Below are positions 36,271 to 51,480 of a stretch of DNA of 64,000 nucleotides, piece after piece. The DNA comes from Piromyces finnis finn (lineage: Eukaryota; Fungi; Neocallimastigomycota), in assembly GCA_002104945.1 (NCBI GenBank), contig MCFH01000036.1, forward strand, positions 248,001 to 312,000, written 5' to 3'. Every line of letters starts with the position of its first letter. The stretch's first letter is position 1. Made by a program: the position numbers and the translations under genes. Below the pieces are notes generated by a model. The model ran no database searches. It saw only the letters and a program-made list of their open reading frames with translations, and was not told the origin of the DNA.

Positions 36271-39200
36271 TTAATTTTTATAATCGTAATTTTTTTCAAA
36301 AATTTCAAGCTTATATTGAACGGTCTTTTGAATAAGATCTTCAATTTGTTTTTCATAATTATCTTCTTCCTTTTTAATATGTGATATTTTTTCAAATATT
36401 TCATCATTTAATATGAAAGAAGTAGGAAGGTGTTTTGGATTACTACTTTCATCACTTTCTATGTCATTATCACTATCCATTGATAACTCATTTGTTTTAT
36501 ATAAAACAACTTTATCTTCACCATCCTCTAAATCCGAATTATCAAAGTTATTTGCTTTTGAATCTGAAGCGTTTAACGTTGTTGATGAAGTTGTTGAATC
36601 TTTACTATTAAATGGATAGTTTTCACTATTTGATGGATTGAAGCTGATATTAGAAAGGGGAAGTGAATAGCGTTTTCTTTTTTCCATATTTGCTAAGATA
36701 CTACCATTGAAATTATCATTAAAGATATTTTGTTTATACCACTTCTTTTCTAAGGTTTGACATTTATTTTTTAATTTATTATTTTCTTCTTCTAATTCTT
36801 TAATCTTTCCATTAGCCTCTCTAAGACGAGAGTATAATTCCTCAATAATATTTTGATTTTCGGTGATTTGTTTGATAGAACAATCCAACATTTTTTGGAA
36901 TGTAACAAATAGATTATATTGAGATTTTAACTTTTCTTCAATGTTCCAACGATTTTTAATTTCATAATAAAGTCTACGTTTAAGAAGAGCAACATCCTCA
37001 CTAGATTCAATTTCACTTTCTTTTAATTCATCATTGTCACTTTCTCCCATTAAATCATTATCCTCATTATCGTCATTTTCCATAAATTCTTTTACTAAAT
37101 TCTTTTCTTGACTTTTACTATTGTTATTATTAGAAGATAAGGAGGTATTTTGCTTTGAATCATTTTCAGGAATGAAATTTTGGTAATTATCCTTTAAATA
37201 ATTGAGGAATAATTTAAGAGTAGAGAGACTTTCTCTTAAAGAATCAATAATCATCATATATTCTTCCGCTACTCTTTTTTTAACAACTAAAAGATGTGAA
37301 TCGTTTGTATTAGTAAGTCTTGGACTACTTCTTTCTTTTAAACTATTGCTCTTTATAATGTTAGAGAAATTAGAAGAAAAGATATTGTTTTTGAAAACAG
37401 ATGGGAATGAACTTTTATTAGTAGATTCTGATTCTTCATCTAATTTTTCTTTTTCCTTTTCTACTGGTGAAGGCATAGCCATGTCAGCAACATCTACTGG
37501 AAGATTTAAATATTTATCAACAGTGATATGTTGAACTTCATTGTCTGGGGTAGTGTAGTCTAATTCTTTAATGAAATTCTTTTCACAAAATTCTTTCATA
37601 TTATTACAAATGGTTTGATGAAGATCACTTAATTCTTTATACTTTCCTTCAAAAATTAAAGTAATGTCTTTAACTTTTTTCTTTAAAGTCAAATATTGCT
37701 TTTTATTAAACTTTGGCTTTTCATCTAACGCAGAAAGATTTTCATGAATGTCTTCTTCCCTTTTCTCATTTTTATTTAATTTAGATTGAGAGTCATCATT
37801 TTCAATGATTTGATTAGTTTCTTTTGATTCTTTCTTTTCATCTGGAATTAAATTTAATTCTCTATTAGTTGAATCTGATGGAATTGTAGTATTTCCATCT
37901 TTTGATAAATTATTTATATCATTTTGTTCACTATTTTTTATAGATGAAAAAAGTTCATCTAAAGTTGTATCAATATTGAACTTTTTAAAGACTTCTTCCA
38001 TATCATTCTTAGTTTTCTTCAAATCTTCACAAACTTTTCTTTCTTCATCTAATTCCTTTAATAAATTCTCTTCCTTTTCACGATAATTTCTTATTTGTTG
38101 ATTAGCATTTTCAATTTCTTTTTGAACTTCATTTAATGTTTGCTTTATCATTTTTTGATCTGAAGCGCCTTGCTTTTTTAATTGTATGTTTTCTTCTTTT
38201 AATTTATTTATATTATTTAAATGGTCTTCATTCATTGCTTCTAATTCCTTACATCTACTATTATATTTTTGCATTGTTTCTATATAAAAGTCTAGTTCCT
38301 TTATAAGATCGTCTTTTTCTTTCATTATATTGTTATATTTATTATTTGTATCGCGGAATTCTTGAAGTTCATTAAAGCTCTTTTCTTGGGCTTTGTTGAG
38401 CTTATCAATAGTTTCTTTTGATTGATTGAAATCATTCATTAAACTTTGATATTCTTTATCTTTTTGAGATAATTGATCATGTAAAGCATCTACTGTATCC
38501 TTAACTTCTTTGTCCTTTTGTGTCATAGAATCTTTCAACAGTTGAAGAGAATTTTTAATTTGGGAATATTCATTATCCTTTTTAGACATAGTATTTTGTA
38601 AATTTTGAAGAGAACTTTTAATATGCTCATTTTCATTTTCCTTTTCTTTAACAGAATCTTGAATTTGTCGTAGGGAGTTTCTCATTTGACAATTTTCAAT
38701 TTCCTTTTGAGAAACAGAGTTTTGAAGTTGTTCAATTGAGTTTCTCATTTGACTATTTTCAATTTCTTTTTGAGAAACAGAGTTTTGAAGTTGTTCAATT
38801 GAGTTTTTCATTTGACTATTTTCAATTTCCTTTTGAGAAACAGAATTTTGAAGTTGTTCAATTGAGTTTTTCATTTGACTATTTTCAATTTCTTTTTGAG
38901 AAACAGAGTTTTGAAGTTGTTCAATTGAGCTTTTCATTTGAGCTTTTTCATTTTCCTTTTCAGTTACAGAATTTTGAAGTTGTTCAATAGAATTCTTCAT
39001 ATGAACACTTTCATTTTCTTTATCAGAAATTGAACGTTGAAGTTGTTGAATAGTATTTTTCATTTGGTCATTTTCATTTTCCTTATCAGAAAAATTGATT
39101 TTTAATTCTTGTAATAAATGAAGAATAACATTATATTCTTCTTCTTTTTTACTCAATATATTTTTCATATCAGTCACCTTATTTTGAAGAATATCTCTTT

Positions 39201-42200
39201 CATCACCACAATTATTTAATTCCATTTGAAGATCTTTTATAGTATTAGCCATTTCATCCTTTTCATATTTACTTTGAATTATGGTACTATCCATACTACG
39301 AAGATCAGAATTAAGTTTTTCATTTTCACTTTCTTTCATGATAATTTTTTCTGAAAGTGTCTTAAATGAATTTTTGATCTTGATAAGTTCATCATCTTTA
39401 CTGGCAAGTGTGGTTTTTAAATCTGCAAAACTATTCTTTAAGTTATCATTTTCAGTTCTTGTATTATAAATAATACCATTTAGATCGTCAATTGATTTTC
39501 TCATATCTTGACTTTCTTTTTCCTTATCTACTAAACTATTTTTTAATTTTTCAATTGTTGTACTAAGGGTTTTCTTTTCCTCACAAACAAGTTGAAGATT
39601 TTCATTGTCGCTCTTTAATTGTTCAATTGATTTATTTAATTTTTCTTTTTCCGAATTGAAATAGTTTTTAGATGTTTCAAGTTGAATTTTTAAGTCATTT
39701 ATTATATCCTTTAATTGATTTGCTTCATTAATTTTTGCTTTTCTTATGTTATCTAAGTTTTCGTTAATAGATTGACATTCTTTATCTTTAGAATTTATTT
39801 TATCTTTAAGATCATCTAATTCTTTTTCTTTTTCTTCAGATTGTTCTAATATTGTTTCGTTCAATTTTTCTAAAGAAGATATTTTCTTTAAAAGTGAGTT
39901 ATAACGCTCTTCTTTGCTATTGAGATCATCCTTGAGGGAATTGACTTCTTCATTTAATTCTTTGTTTAATTCTAAAATCTCAATACGAGAAGACTCAATT
40001 TGATGAATCATTACTTGATAATTTTTATTTAATTCTTTATCTTTTTCCATTTCTTTAGTTAATTCTTCTTGATCGTTTTCATAATTGAATATTATTTCAT
40101 CTTTTTCATGGATTTTATAAAGAAGTGATTCAATGTAACGTTGAAGAAATTCTAATTCACAACGCTTTTTATTAATTTGGACATTTAATCTTTCAATTTT
40201 TAGTTCAACTTCCGTTAATTCTTTTTTACCAACATTAGATTTAATACTTCTAGTTAATGAATTTCTACTTGCAATACTTCTAGAATCTGATGAAATACTA
40301 TCAAATATTTTTGATGTTTTATTTAGAGAATCGGAAAAATCAAAAGAATCATTAATATCAATATCATTATCGTCGTTTTTATTTCCAATATGAGGAAGCG
40401 GCTTATTAAGATGATATTTATTGGATGAATTAGAATTAATATAAGATGCACTCTTAACAGATAATTTGTCATCATTACCTAAGCCTTTCTCACTTTCCTT
40501 ATTAGAAAGTGAGGAGAAGAATAACTTATTATTAGAATAAAGCTTCTTGTAATTTTCTTTCTCTTCATCCAATTCCTTTGACAATTGCTCGATTTCTTTT
40601 TTAAGATCAACAATAGTATTTTGAGAATGCAAATACTTTTCTTTATATTCATTCTCTTCCGGGTGAGACGAACCATATTTCTGGTTAAATTTTTCATTAT
40701 AATCAGAAATATGTTTTTCTCTTTCAGACTTTAAGTCTGAAATTTTTTCTTCTAAAGTAGCAATATGACTTTTTTGAGTTTCCATTTGATTTAAGAGACT
40801 CATACTTTTACTCTTCTCTTTTTCTAAACTAAATGATTGACTTTTACATTTCTTTTCTAAATCTTCATTCATGTCTAATTGACTATTTAATTTATTTTTA
40901 GTGGAGAGAAGTTCATTTTGAGCTTTCTTTAACTCCTTTTCATTAGAGTTGATGCGATCTTGTAAGGTACTAATGGTCGAATCTTTCTCATATGATTCAT
41001 AACGTAATTGAATATTTTCTTGCTTTAAATCATCTATTTTAATTTTAAAATTATTAATATCTTCCTTCATTCTTTTTTCATCGTCTTTATATTGATCAAG
41101 TTCCTTTTTACAATCATTTAATTCGTTGCTTTTTTTAAAGATGGTATCATTTTGTTTAGAAACTTTATTCTCCAAATCCCGACACTTTTGTCTAAAAGAA
41201 CTAATTTGTTCATTTTTTTCATTAACTGTTTTGTCATAATATGATTTTTCACTTTCATATTTACCGGAAGTTTTTCCTTTATTATTAGAATCTTCCATAT
41301 ATTTATTTACAATAATTTCAAAATTTTTAATTCGTTTTTCATAGTTATCTGATTTATGTTTAAAATCTTCTTTTTGTGATTCAAAATCCTTTTGTGATAA
41401 TACCAACTGATCTTTTAATTCTTTATTATTGTTTTTAATGTCAATAATTTCATTTTCATATTTACCACATTTATTTTGAAGAAGTAAAATTTGATTTTGA
41501 AGTGAAGAATCTTTCGAATTTTTAATATTTTCTGCTTCATTTTTATAATTATTATAATTTAGTTTAAGATCTTCATATTCTTTTAATATTTTTTGATAAG
41601 CATCTTCGGTTTCTTTTAATTTTTCAACTAATTCCGGATTATTATTATTATTATTATTATTATTCGATTGATTATTTTCTGAGAATGAAGTATTATTATT
41701 ATGGGCTTTTAGTGAAAGATTATAAATATCACTCCAACTTGTTTTAGATAAATGTTTAATATTTTTCGAAGAAGTTCTTGAACTGACATTTTCTAAACGC
41801 TAAAAATATAAATTTATAAAGAATAAAAATAAAATTAAAATCATGTATAGGAATCCTATGATTCATAATTTATTATTATTATTTAATTATATATATATAA
41901 AAGAAGCATTACCAATTTCGATATCTCTTCTCTACTTTGATTTAATTCAATCTGAAGTTCTTTAATTCTATTTTGATACATTTGTTGAATGCATATTAAT
42001 AATTCATTTGTATATTTATCGGTTCCTTTAGAAGCTTTATTATTTAATAAAAAAATATTGTTTATATAGAATTATCCAATGAATATTAGAAAGAAATTTT
42101 TTATTTTTTTTAAGTCATAGTATCATTAAATTATTATATTATACCAAGATCTAATTGAATTAAAGCTGCATCTCTTGATTTTTTATCAGTATGAGCCAAA

Positions 42201-42513
42201 GCTAATTGTAATGCTGAATCTCTTATTCTTAATTCCTTTTTTAAACGCTCTTGTATAGAATTTTGGCGTTTCTGTATCAAATCAAATTGCTAATAATATT
42301 ATTATATAATATAAAATATTTAGTTTTTATTAAATTATTCTGAAATTAATAATTATGTACATTTCATTTATTTATAATAGTTATAAAATATTTATATATA
42401 TATTTAATAATTATTTTATTAAATATATCTACCTGGGTAGAGTTATTATAACTTTCATACGTATTGAAGTTATTCATTTCTCTCTCCATATTCTTTTGCA
42501 TCATATTATTCAT
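36271..42513 (-). CDS. 1958-aa coiled-coil protein with an N-terminal HR1/Uds1-like domain
   Basis: Exons 42513-42433, 42289-42145, 42034-41913 and 41799-36271 (5877 nt, phases consistent). N-terminal QKRQNSIQERLKKELRIRDSALQLALAH...LDLASKGTDKYTNEL resembles the HR1/Uds1 helical hairpin, followed by a long heptad-rich body. Confidence 0.8.
38518..39525 (-). repeat. 16 x 63-nt (21-aa) in-frame tandem array
   Basis: Core units KEIENSQM(K/R)NSIEQLQNSVSQ are near-identical at ~38690-38945. Degenerate units keep exact register from K at 39525 to Q at 38518 (1008 nt). Confidence 0.88.
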
Positions 42514-44535
42514 GTCGAATATCTTTATATTATACTAAATATTAAAGTATATTTTTTCTCCAAAATAGTAAAATGTAAATATTTTATTTTGATATAATTT
42601 ATTCTTAATAATATTTTTTTATCTAAATTATAAGATAATACTATATTTCTTTTTTTTTTTTTTTTAAAAAAAAAACAAAAATACAATTATAATATAATAA
42701 TCTATCTCTTTTTATTTATTTTCTTTTATCAAAAAAGAAAAAAGTACTAAAATAAAGTTTATAATTTTTTTTCTTTTTTTCGATAATAAAGTTTCTTATA
42801 CCAAAAATGAAATGTATAAAAGGATTAAATAAAAAAATAAAGATAAAAAAATAAAAATAAAAATAAAATACAAAATGCAAAATGCAAAAAAAAAAAAAAA
42901 AAAAAAATTAAAAATTATAAATTAAAAAAAACATAACTTTTATTGAATTAAATTTAATTAAAATTTTATTAAAATTATTTTTAATTAAAATTTTTGAAAT
43001 TTTAAATTTAAATTGATTTTAATTATTATATAAAAGGAAACTAATTAAATTTTAAAAAAAAAATATAACAATTTTTTCCAAGTTAAGATACTGTATCTTT
43101 TAATATATTTGCATTTCTACTAAGAATGTTTTGCCATTTTCAACTTTAAGAATTTCAATCGGATTAATATATTGTTATATTATAAAAAATAATTAATAAA
43201 CGAGATTTATATATCCTTAAAATGCTTTTAAAAAAATAATAATAAATTAAAATTTATTTTTGTTTCATATTAAAAAAAAAATACCTACATATTTACATAT
43301 TGAAAATAATATTAAATTACTATTATTATTTATTTTTTTTTTCTTATATAAATGATTCCATATAAATCACTCTAATTAAAATTGTTACATTAAAAAATAA
43401 AGACAAAAGATTTCTATAATAATACATATTTGATTTAATGTTTGTATTAAAAGATATTTTGAGGAAATTTCAAAATATTCTAAATAAATTAAATTTATTT
43501 TATTTTGGACAATAAATCTTTTAATTGTTGCAAGTTATTAATTAATAATATATAATATATAGAAAGGAATTATAAAAGAATAGATAATCATTTGTTAATG
43601 TTGTACATTGAGATAATATAAATAAGACAATATTCAAAAGAAAGTATATAAATATATGGTTTTAAAAATATTTATAGTTATAGCAAAATCATTTAGTTGT
43701 TATCATTTTATTTTATAATTTATTAATATCATCATGAATTATATTTACAAGGTTCAAAAGATTTTCTTTATTTGTATGAATATAATTGATATAGTAAATA
43801 ATATATATATTTTATAATTGATGTAGATATATTCAAAAATTATATGATAAATTATAAATTTTATTATTTTAGTATAATTTGATAGTATATATAAAAAAAA
43901 AAATAATTATTTTTTTTTTTTTTTTTTTCGCATACATAAAAATAACAATTATCAAGTTTCTATCTGTTAATTAGAAAATACTTTTTATATTTCATTATTA
44001 AGATAAGAAACTATAATTTTAATATATAATTCTTTCTTTTAATTTATTATTAATTAAAAGAAAAATTTATTTATTAACTATTATTCAATATTCAATAGTT
44101 ATATAATCATACAATATAAAAATAAATAAGAAAAAAAAAGAATGAAAAAAACTTTTTTTTTAAAAAAAAAATAATTTTTATTACCATTTTTATTATTTTT
44201 ATAAATATTATATAAATACAAAAATTTTGGTACATATTATTGTGTATGTATGTGTATGCTTTTTTCTTTTAGTTGTGATTTGATTTTTGTTTTTTATATT
44301 TTAATTTTTTTTTTTTTGAAAAGTGTTAATTTTTAATTTTATTGTTGACTAATGTTAAGATTTTTCCAAATCAATTATTATTGTTAATAACATTAATAAT
44401 GATTTTACTTTTAATTAATTATTTATTTTTATTTTTATTTGTTTATATGATTTTCTTTTTCAAAATTTTTCTTTAAGATTAGTCAACTTTTTTTTACTTT
44501 TTATTTCTTTTTATCTTTTTCCTTTTTTATTCTGT

Positions 44536-47054
44536 TCATTTGGCAATGTTCATTTGTTCTAATTGAGCTTCTAATTGTCTTATCTTAATATCCTTTTGAG
44601 TAATAGTACTCTTTAATTGTTCAATTTCCTTCTTCATTTCCTTATATGCTTCCTTTAACTAATTATAATTATAATAAGATCAATAATATTTTTTAATTAT
44701 ATTATTCAAAAAAATTTTTGTTAAAAATTTTTTATATATTATTTATTATTCATATACACATACTTCCTTTTCAGAAGTTGGCATCTTTTCATCATTTTGT
44801 GCAAGGGTAGCAGCAGCAGCAGCGTTATCAACGCTAAATTCACGCTTAACTGGAACAAAGCCATCCTTAAGATTGAATAATAATGGGTTAGCATCCTTAC
44901 CAGAGAAGAATTCTTCACAGGTTAAAGCTGGTTTACCATCACAAGTATCAGTGTAAATATCACTGGCAAAGTTATCAGACTATAAATTTTCAAAAAATAA
45001 AATTTTTAGTTTTCTAATATAATAGCTAAATTTCAAATAAGCTAATATAAATTTCCTTTTTTATTCATTTAAATATATATATATATATTTATTTTTACCT
45101 TTCTTGGAACACGGAATGAAATTGGTTCAACAGCATTACTGTGAAGCTTGTATAAACGAGCAACTTCAACTTCAGAAGTGTTAACAGCACGCTTTGGTAA
45201 GTATCCCATACCACGTTGTGGATCACTACTCTTGAATTCTGTATATATAAATTAAATATAAAATGGTAAATATATAAAGATTTTTTTTTTTATTTTGGTT
45301 ATATATATTTAAAATGGTAACATTACCAGAAAGGAAGTATAATTGTTGACTGTCATCAACATATTCGTAGTAACGAATGTTACCATCACCTTTACCAGCA
45401 ATGTAAAGCATTTTAGTATCATTATCATAGAATGGCATAAGAACACCAGAACTTGTATCAATATTTTCTTGAATGATTGGAGTACCAAAGTTCTTAGTAT
45501 CGTAAACAAATATTTGACGATCACTAGTTCTACTGAAACCAGTAGTGGCAATTTTATCTAAATCACCCATCCAAACAGCTCTAGAACCCTTAACACCTTG
45601 GTGACCGCTAGTTTCCTATTTAATTTAAGTAAAATAAAATGGTTGTATAATAAACAATTAATATATATGAAAATAAAATACAACGAAATTTATATATGTA
45701 ATAACAAACGCTTTGATATTAACCATTGCAACTTTACCGGAACGGACATCAAATACTCTAAGTTTCTTATCTCTACAGCTGGAACATAATAAACTTCCAT
45801 TGTAACTCCATGAGATAGATTGAATAATTTCAGAACAACCAGTTAATTGAACCTTTTCACTACCATTAGTAATATCCCAAATACGAATAGTTAAATCACC
45901 ACTAGCACTAGCTAAAACATTATCAGCAACTGGGTGGAAAAGAACATGACCAACCTTACGGTCATGACTATGAAAATTTTATTATATATATATTAAAAAA
46001 TTAAAATTTATTATTTCTACTTATTTTTACATATTTTATTTTTAGATATAAATTTAATTATTAAATCTCTTTTTACACTTACCCATTAAGAGAAATAACT
46101 GGAGTAGTAATATTTTCTTTGAGACCGCCTTCTGGAATACTCCAAATCATAACTTTACAGTCTTCAGAAGAAGAAGCAATAATATTATCATTGAATGGAT
46201 TAAAATCGGTATCTAAAACTGCAGCACTGTGACCATTGAAGCATGGAAGATTATCTTGAAGCTTACCAGTTCTTTCTAATGGAACAACAGCGAAAGAACC
46301 ACCACCACCAGCTTCTAAGTTAATAGATAAGTACCTTTTATAATTATATAAGAAATATTTTAATCAATATTATTGTTTTTTGATTTTGATACCTAAAATT
46401 ATATTAGTGTCTATGTTGTATATACTTACTTTGGGTTAACCTTAACAAGATTAGTATCCCATGCACTTCCACTAACCTTAATATTTCTAATTGAATTAAA
46501 TATTTAATATTACAATTTAGTTTTGATATTAATAACTTCATTTGTTAGAGATATATTTATAAATAAATATTTATATATAATTTAAAGACTATTTTCTATA
46601 TATTCTATATTCTATATATATTCTATATAAAATTTTATCTAGTAAAATAATGTGTAAAATAATATTCAAAAAATATTTCGTGTATATTGAACTTTTTAAT
46701 GTGTACTGTATTGGTTGCTATTTTAAAATATTAATTCTTTTGAATTATTCTTTATTGTTTTATTTTAAATTTAATAAGTGGTAACACTCTTTATATTAAT
46801 AATAAATTCTGATATTATACGTTTAATACTGATATATATAAATACTTTAATATTTCTGTTTTATTAACTATTGTTTTTTTTTTTTTTTTTTTTATTAATT
46901 ATTATTCAACATATATTCTTTCTCTAATTCTTTATTAATACATAATAATAATTTGAATAATAAACAATGCATACTCATAAGTATTATCTGGTCTTTTAGC
47001 TCCAGTACCGAATACGTGTCTAAACTTTGAAGAACGAACAAATGATGGTGCCAT
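44536..47054 (-). CDS. CRN1: Coronin (WD40 propeller plus C-terminal coiled coil), multi-exon
   Basis: MAPSFVRSSKFRHVFG, AWDTNLVKVNP, GGGGSFAVVPL, GHSAAVLDTDFNPF, IASSSEDCKVMIW, HDRKVGHVLFHPVADNVLASAS, IDTSSGVLMPFYD, GKGDGNIRYYE, EPISFRVPRKS and a C-terminal LKEAYKEMKKEIEQLK coil. Confidence 0.96.
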
Positions 47055-49036
47055 TTTTAATATTGATATTTACTATTATTATTATGATTTATATATTTAT
47101 TTTTTAGGGATAATTATAATATAAAAATTAACAAATTTACAAAAATACAACTTTTTTGTTATTTAAAATAAATTAAATGAACAAACGAAAAAAAAAAGTG
47201 AAATATAATTAAGATAAAAAACTGATTAAATATTTATTTTTAAATATATATATATATAAAATAATTACAAAGTTTTCTATTTTAACTATAATTCTTATAT
47301 TTTTAATATATTCCAAATTTTAATTTTTAAAAAAAAAATTAATTTAAGAAATTAAATTAAAATAATTAAAGTATCATAAAATTAACTTTAAATAAACCTT
47401 TTTGTTTTAAACTTTTACAATACTCTATAAAATAATAATAATTAATATTAAGATAAATAATTATTAAATATAAATATATGTATTTATTTTTTATTAGTAA
47501 TTTAAATATTTATTTTTTTAGGTTATTTACGCGTCTATATTTATATTATTACATTTAAGCATAACAATTAATGCAAAAAATAACATTTTAATAATAATAT
47601 GATGTATGAAAAGTTTTATATTCATAAAATAGTATAGTAGGTTTTTTATATTTAAATCCAATGTTATAAGAAACAACTATGCATAATAGTATTATTTAAA
47701 TATCAATAGAATTATAAATAATAATTTAGTTTTTTTTTTTTAAAAAAAATATCTATATTTTATTTAATATCTTTTATATTTTGAATGTTTTTATATGTAA
47801 ATTAAAAAATTTAATTTTATATAATCACATTTATGGATTATACATTAAAATGAATAAAAATATAAAAATAAATTTTTCAATAGAATAGGTGAATAATATG
47901 AATGTAAATACTAGTTATTCAATATATTAAAGAATGAATAATATTATATTTACTGTTCAAAGAAAGATATATTTTTTTAGTTTATTTGTTATTAACGCTT
48001 TCCTTCCCTTCTAAATTAATATTACATTTTATCGTAATGCTTATAAATATTTTATATACTTGGGAAAAAATGTGAATTATTTATTAAAAGTTCATATCTA
48101 ATTAAAACATCATTAATTATTTTAGTATTAATAAGCTTTTGATTCTATAATTATATATTTATAAAAAAAATCAAGTATTGTTAAATATTAAAGTTATTCT
48201 TTATAAATTTTAAATAACTGTCATTAAACAAAAATCAAATATTTATTAATGTATATTAGAAATTTTTTAGTTAAAAAAAATATTGACATTTATAGTGGCA
48301 TTTAGAATTGAAAAGTCGTAATAAATATTATTCAATTTTGGTAGTAACAACACTTAACAATGAAATAATATCATTAAATATTTTAATTTTTCTATAATAT
48401 TAATTCATTTATTAATAATACTCTTTATTTTTATATTCTTCTCTATTTTCTTATAAAATTATAATCAAACTTTAATTATTATATATAAACCATTTACTAA
48501 AGATTAATGTGAAAAAATAAATACTAATACTACTAGTAATAAGATATTCACTCCATGTACTTATGCATTAATATTATCATAATCATTGATATTCTTACTT
48601 TATATTTTCATTTTTTTTTATTAAACAAATAAAAGATATTTTAGTATGATTTCATAATATATTTTTTCATATCTCTAAAGTTTTTTTTTTTTTTTTTCCT
48701 CTTTTATTAATAAAAATAATGTTATGCTAATTAATTAGCATCATAAAAATATTATTAATACTATTCAAAACAGTAAACTTTTATATAAAAAAGGTTTAAT
48801 CTTTTTTTTTTTTTTTATTTTTAGAAAAGTTCAAAATTTTTTTCTATTTAATTATTTATAAATAATAAAAATTTTATTAGAATATTGAAATATTTTTTAC
48901 TAATTAATGGCTATTTTCAGGAATATTAAATTTTGATATTATATATATAGATATTGATGAACGAGTGTTTATAAACCGGAATAATTAATGCTTTAAATAA
49001 TAAATAATATATAGTAATAAAATGTCCATACGACAC

Positions 49037-49569
49037 TTATAAAGCTGTTCCTCTTTCCAAATTGGCTTTGATTTCTTCGGTATATTTATCATAAGCTCTT
49101 GATAATTTTTTGTTGAAACGCATATTTCTTTCGTTAATGTAAGTAACTTCAGCATCTTCATCCCAACGACGACGTCTTGAGAATTTATTTCTTCTTTCAA
49201 CTCTGTTTTAATTTTAATAATAACAACAACAACAACAACAATAATATTTAATATTTGATTTTGAAAATTATAAATAATGGATAGAAAACTTATATAATTT
49301 TTTAAATATTATTATAAACTACTAAAAATTAAACATTACTGTTTTTCAAGATCTTTGACTAATCTATTAACAGCTTCAGTATTTGGCTTAGAATCAATAC
49401 TAGCGTATGCAGTTGAATTAGCATCTCTGTAAAAGTCTGATGTATCACCAGTATTAAGCGATGATAAAATTGCAATTTGTTTTTGTTTATTGTATTCTTG
49501 AAGGTTAGGTTTAAATTCTTTTATTTGCTTTTTATACTTTTTGGCAGCAATTTGTGCATAATCTATTTT

Positions 49570-49605
<36 letters not shown>

Positions 49606-50767
49606 TTAAGTTTTAATTATATTCTTTTACCTATTCTTTCTTATTCAATTTACATATATATATTTATTAAAGCTTTTTTTTTTATTCAATTATTTAGCTT
49701 TATTTTTTTAATATTTACCTGTAAATCCAGTATCTGCTCTTTTAGCTTTCCTTTTTTGTTTCTTTTCCCAACGTTCAACATCTTCGATAGTATATTCTAA
49801 TGCTCTTTTTCTATCATAATCAATATCATTTTCTTCGGCCAACTTTATAATATTAAACATTATTTAGAGCCATACATTTTTTATTAAATTAATGCGAACC
49901 ATTATATATTATAATGTATTTAAATATATATTAATTTTATATTTTCCTATAATATTTTTTTAGGATTTTAATATTAGAATTTATATATTGCTTTAAAATG
50001 ATTATACCTTTTTATCTAATAAAATTTCAGCCTTTCTTCTTTTTCTTTCTTGACGAGCTTCTTCTTTTGGATTTTCCTTGGATTTACTATGTTCTTCATA
50101 TACATCTTTTCTATTTTCATTTATTGAATCATCCTTTTTTTTTATTAAAATTTAAACAAATATATGTAAATATAATTATTATTAAAAGTCTTTATAACTT
50201 TTGATTTATAAAGCTTAATTAAAACATAAAATTATTATGACATAAGGAAACTATAGAAATATGAAAATGATTTTATTATATTTTCATTTTCATATTCTTC
50301 TCTCTTTTTATTGATAACTTAATCAAAATATTATTATATTATTATACTGATTGTAATTTCATTTCTTTTCATTTTTTTGAACCTACTTTTTGCTAAAATA
50401 GATTGAATTTCTTTTAAATATCAATATAACTTTTATATATATTGAAATATTGAAATAATGATTTAAAATAATTAATTATTGACAATTATAAAATTTTATT
50501 TTGTTACATTATATCAATTATTTTGTTAACACTATATTTATTAATTTTTTATTATTACTATTATATACAAAATTGATTTTATTTTGAAAATTAATATTGA
50601 ATTTGATTTTGAATATAAATTTCAAGTTTAAAATCTAATTTAAAATTTACCAATCTTTCTTGTAATTTCTTAAATTTCTTTAAGCGCTCTAACTTTCTTT
50701 CTTTATTTGTTAATTTTTTGGTTGATGTTACTTCTGTATTAACTTCTTCTGATTCTTTATCTGACAT
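49037..50767 (-). CDS. SYF2: Pre-mRNA splicing factor Syf2, multi-exon
   Basis: [33 protein letters not shown] and [51 protein letters not shown]-stop. Confidence 0.95.
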
Positions 50768-51480
50768 CTTTTTTTTTTTTTTTCTAATTAAATGTATGTG
50801 TAGTTGAATAAAAAAGGTATAATTTTTTTTTTGAAAATAAATAATTAATTTGATGTTAAATTTATTAAATTTAATTTAATAATATCCTGTGACTAAATAA
50901 TCACGTTATTATATACATATTTTACATTTAATAATGTCATTTTTGTATATTTTTTTTTAATTTATTAATTATTTTTAAAGATTTAAAGATTTAATAATAA
51001 GGATTTTTAAAAATGAAATTATTTAAAAATTTTAATAAAATAAATTTTTTTTTTTCTTTACCAAAAAATAAGACAAAGAATAACATTCAAATCTAAAAAA
51101 CGACAATAACAACAACAATAAAATAAGTTGTTATAAAAAAAAAAAGAAACCAGTAAAGTAGTAGGAATAATTTTTTTTAAGAAAAAAATTATTAAATTAA
51201 TTATAATTGAAAATTTAAACAAAAAAACAAAATAAAAACAAAAAATAGTTAAGTAATATTTATTTACTTGACATTAAATAATAATTAATTGTTACTACTT
51301 GAAATAATAATTACCAAATTAGAATCCATAATTACTAATAAAATAATTTTATTTGTGAATTTTCTCTCATTTTAAAGAAGAAAAAAACAAAAAACAAAAT
51401 AAAATTATTTTTAATATTAAGATTACTTATCCAAATAAAAAATAAGACAAAGTTTAAATATTTTAATAAAAGTAATAAAA

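Noticed and set aside
30080-47054. Co-oriented coiled-coil genes plus coronin as a cytoskeletal gene cluster
   Set aside because: No shared regulatory motif or paralogy is visible; three co-oriented neighbours are expected by chance.
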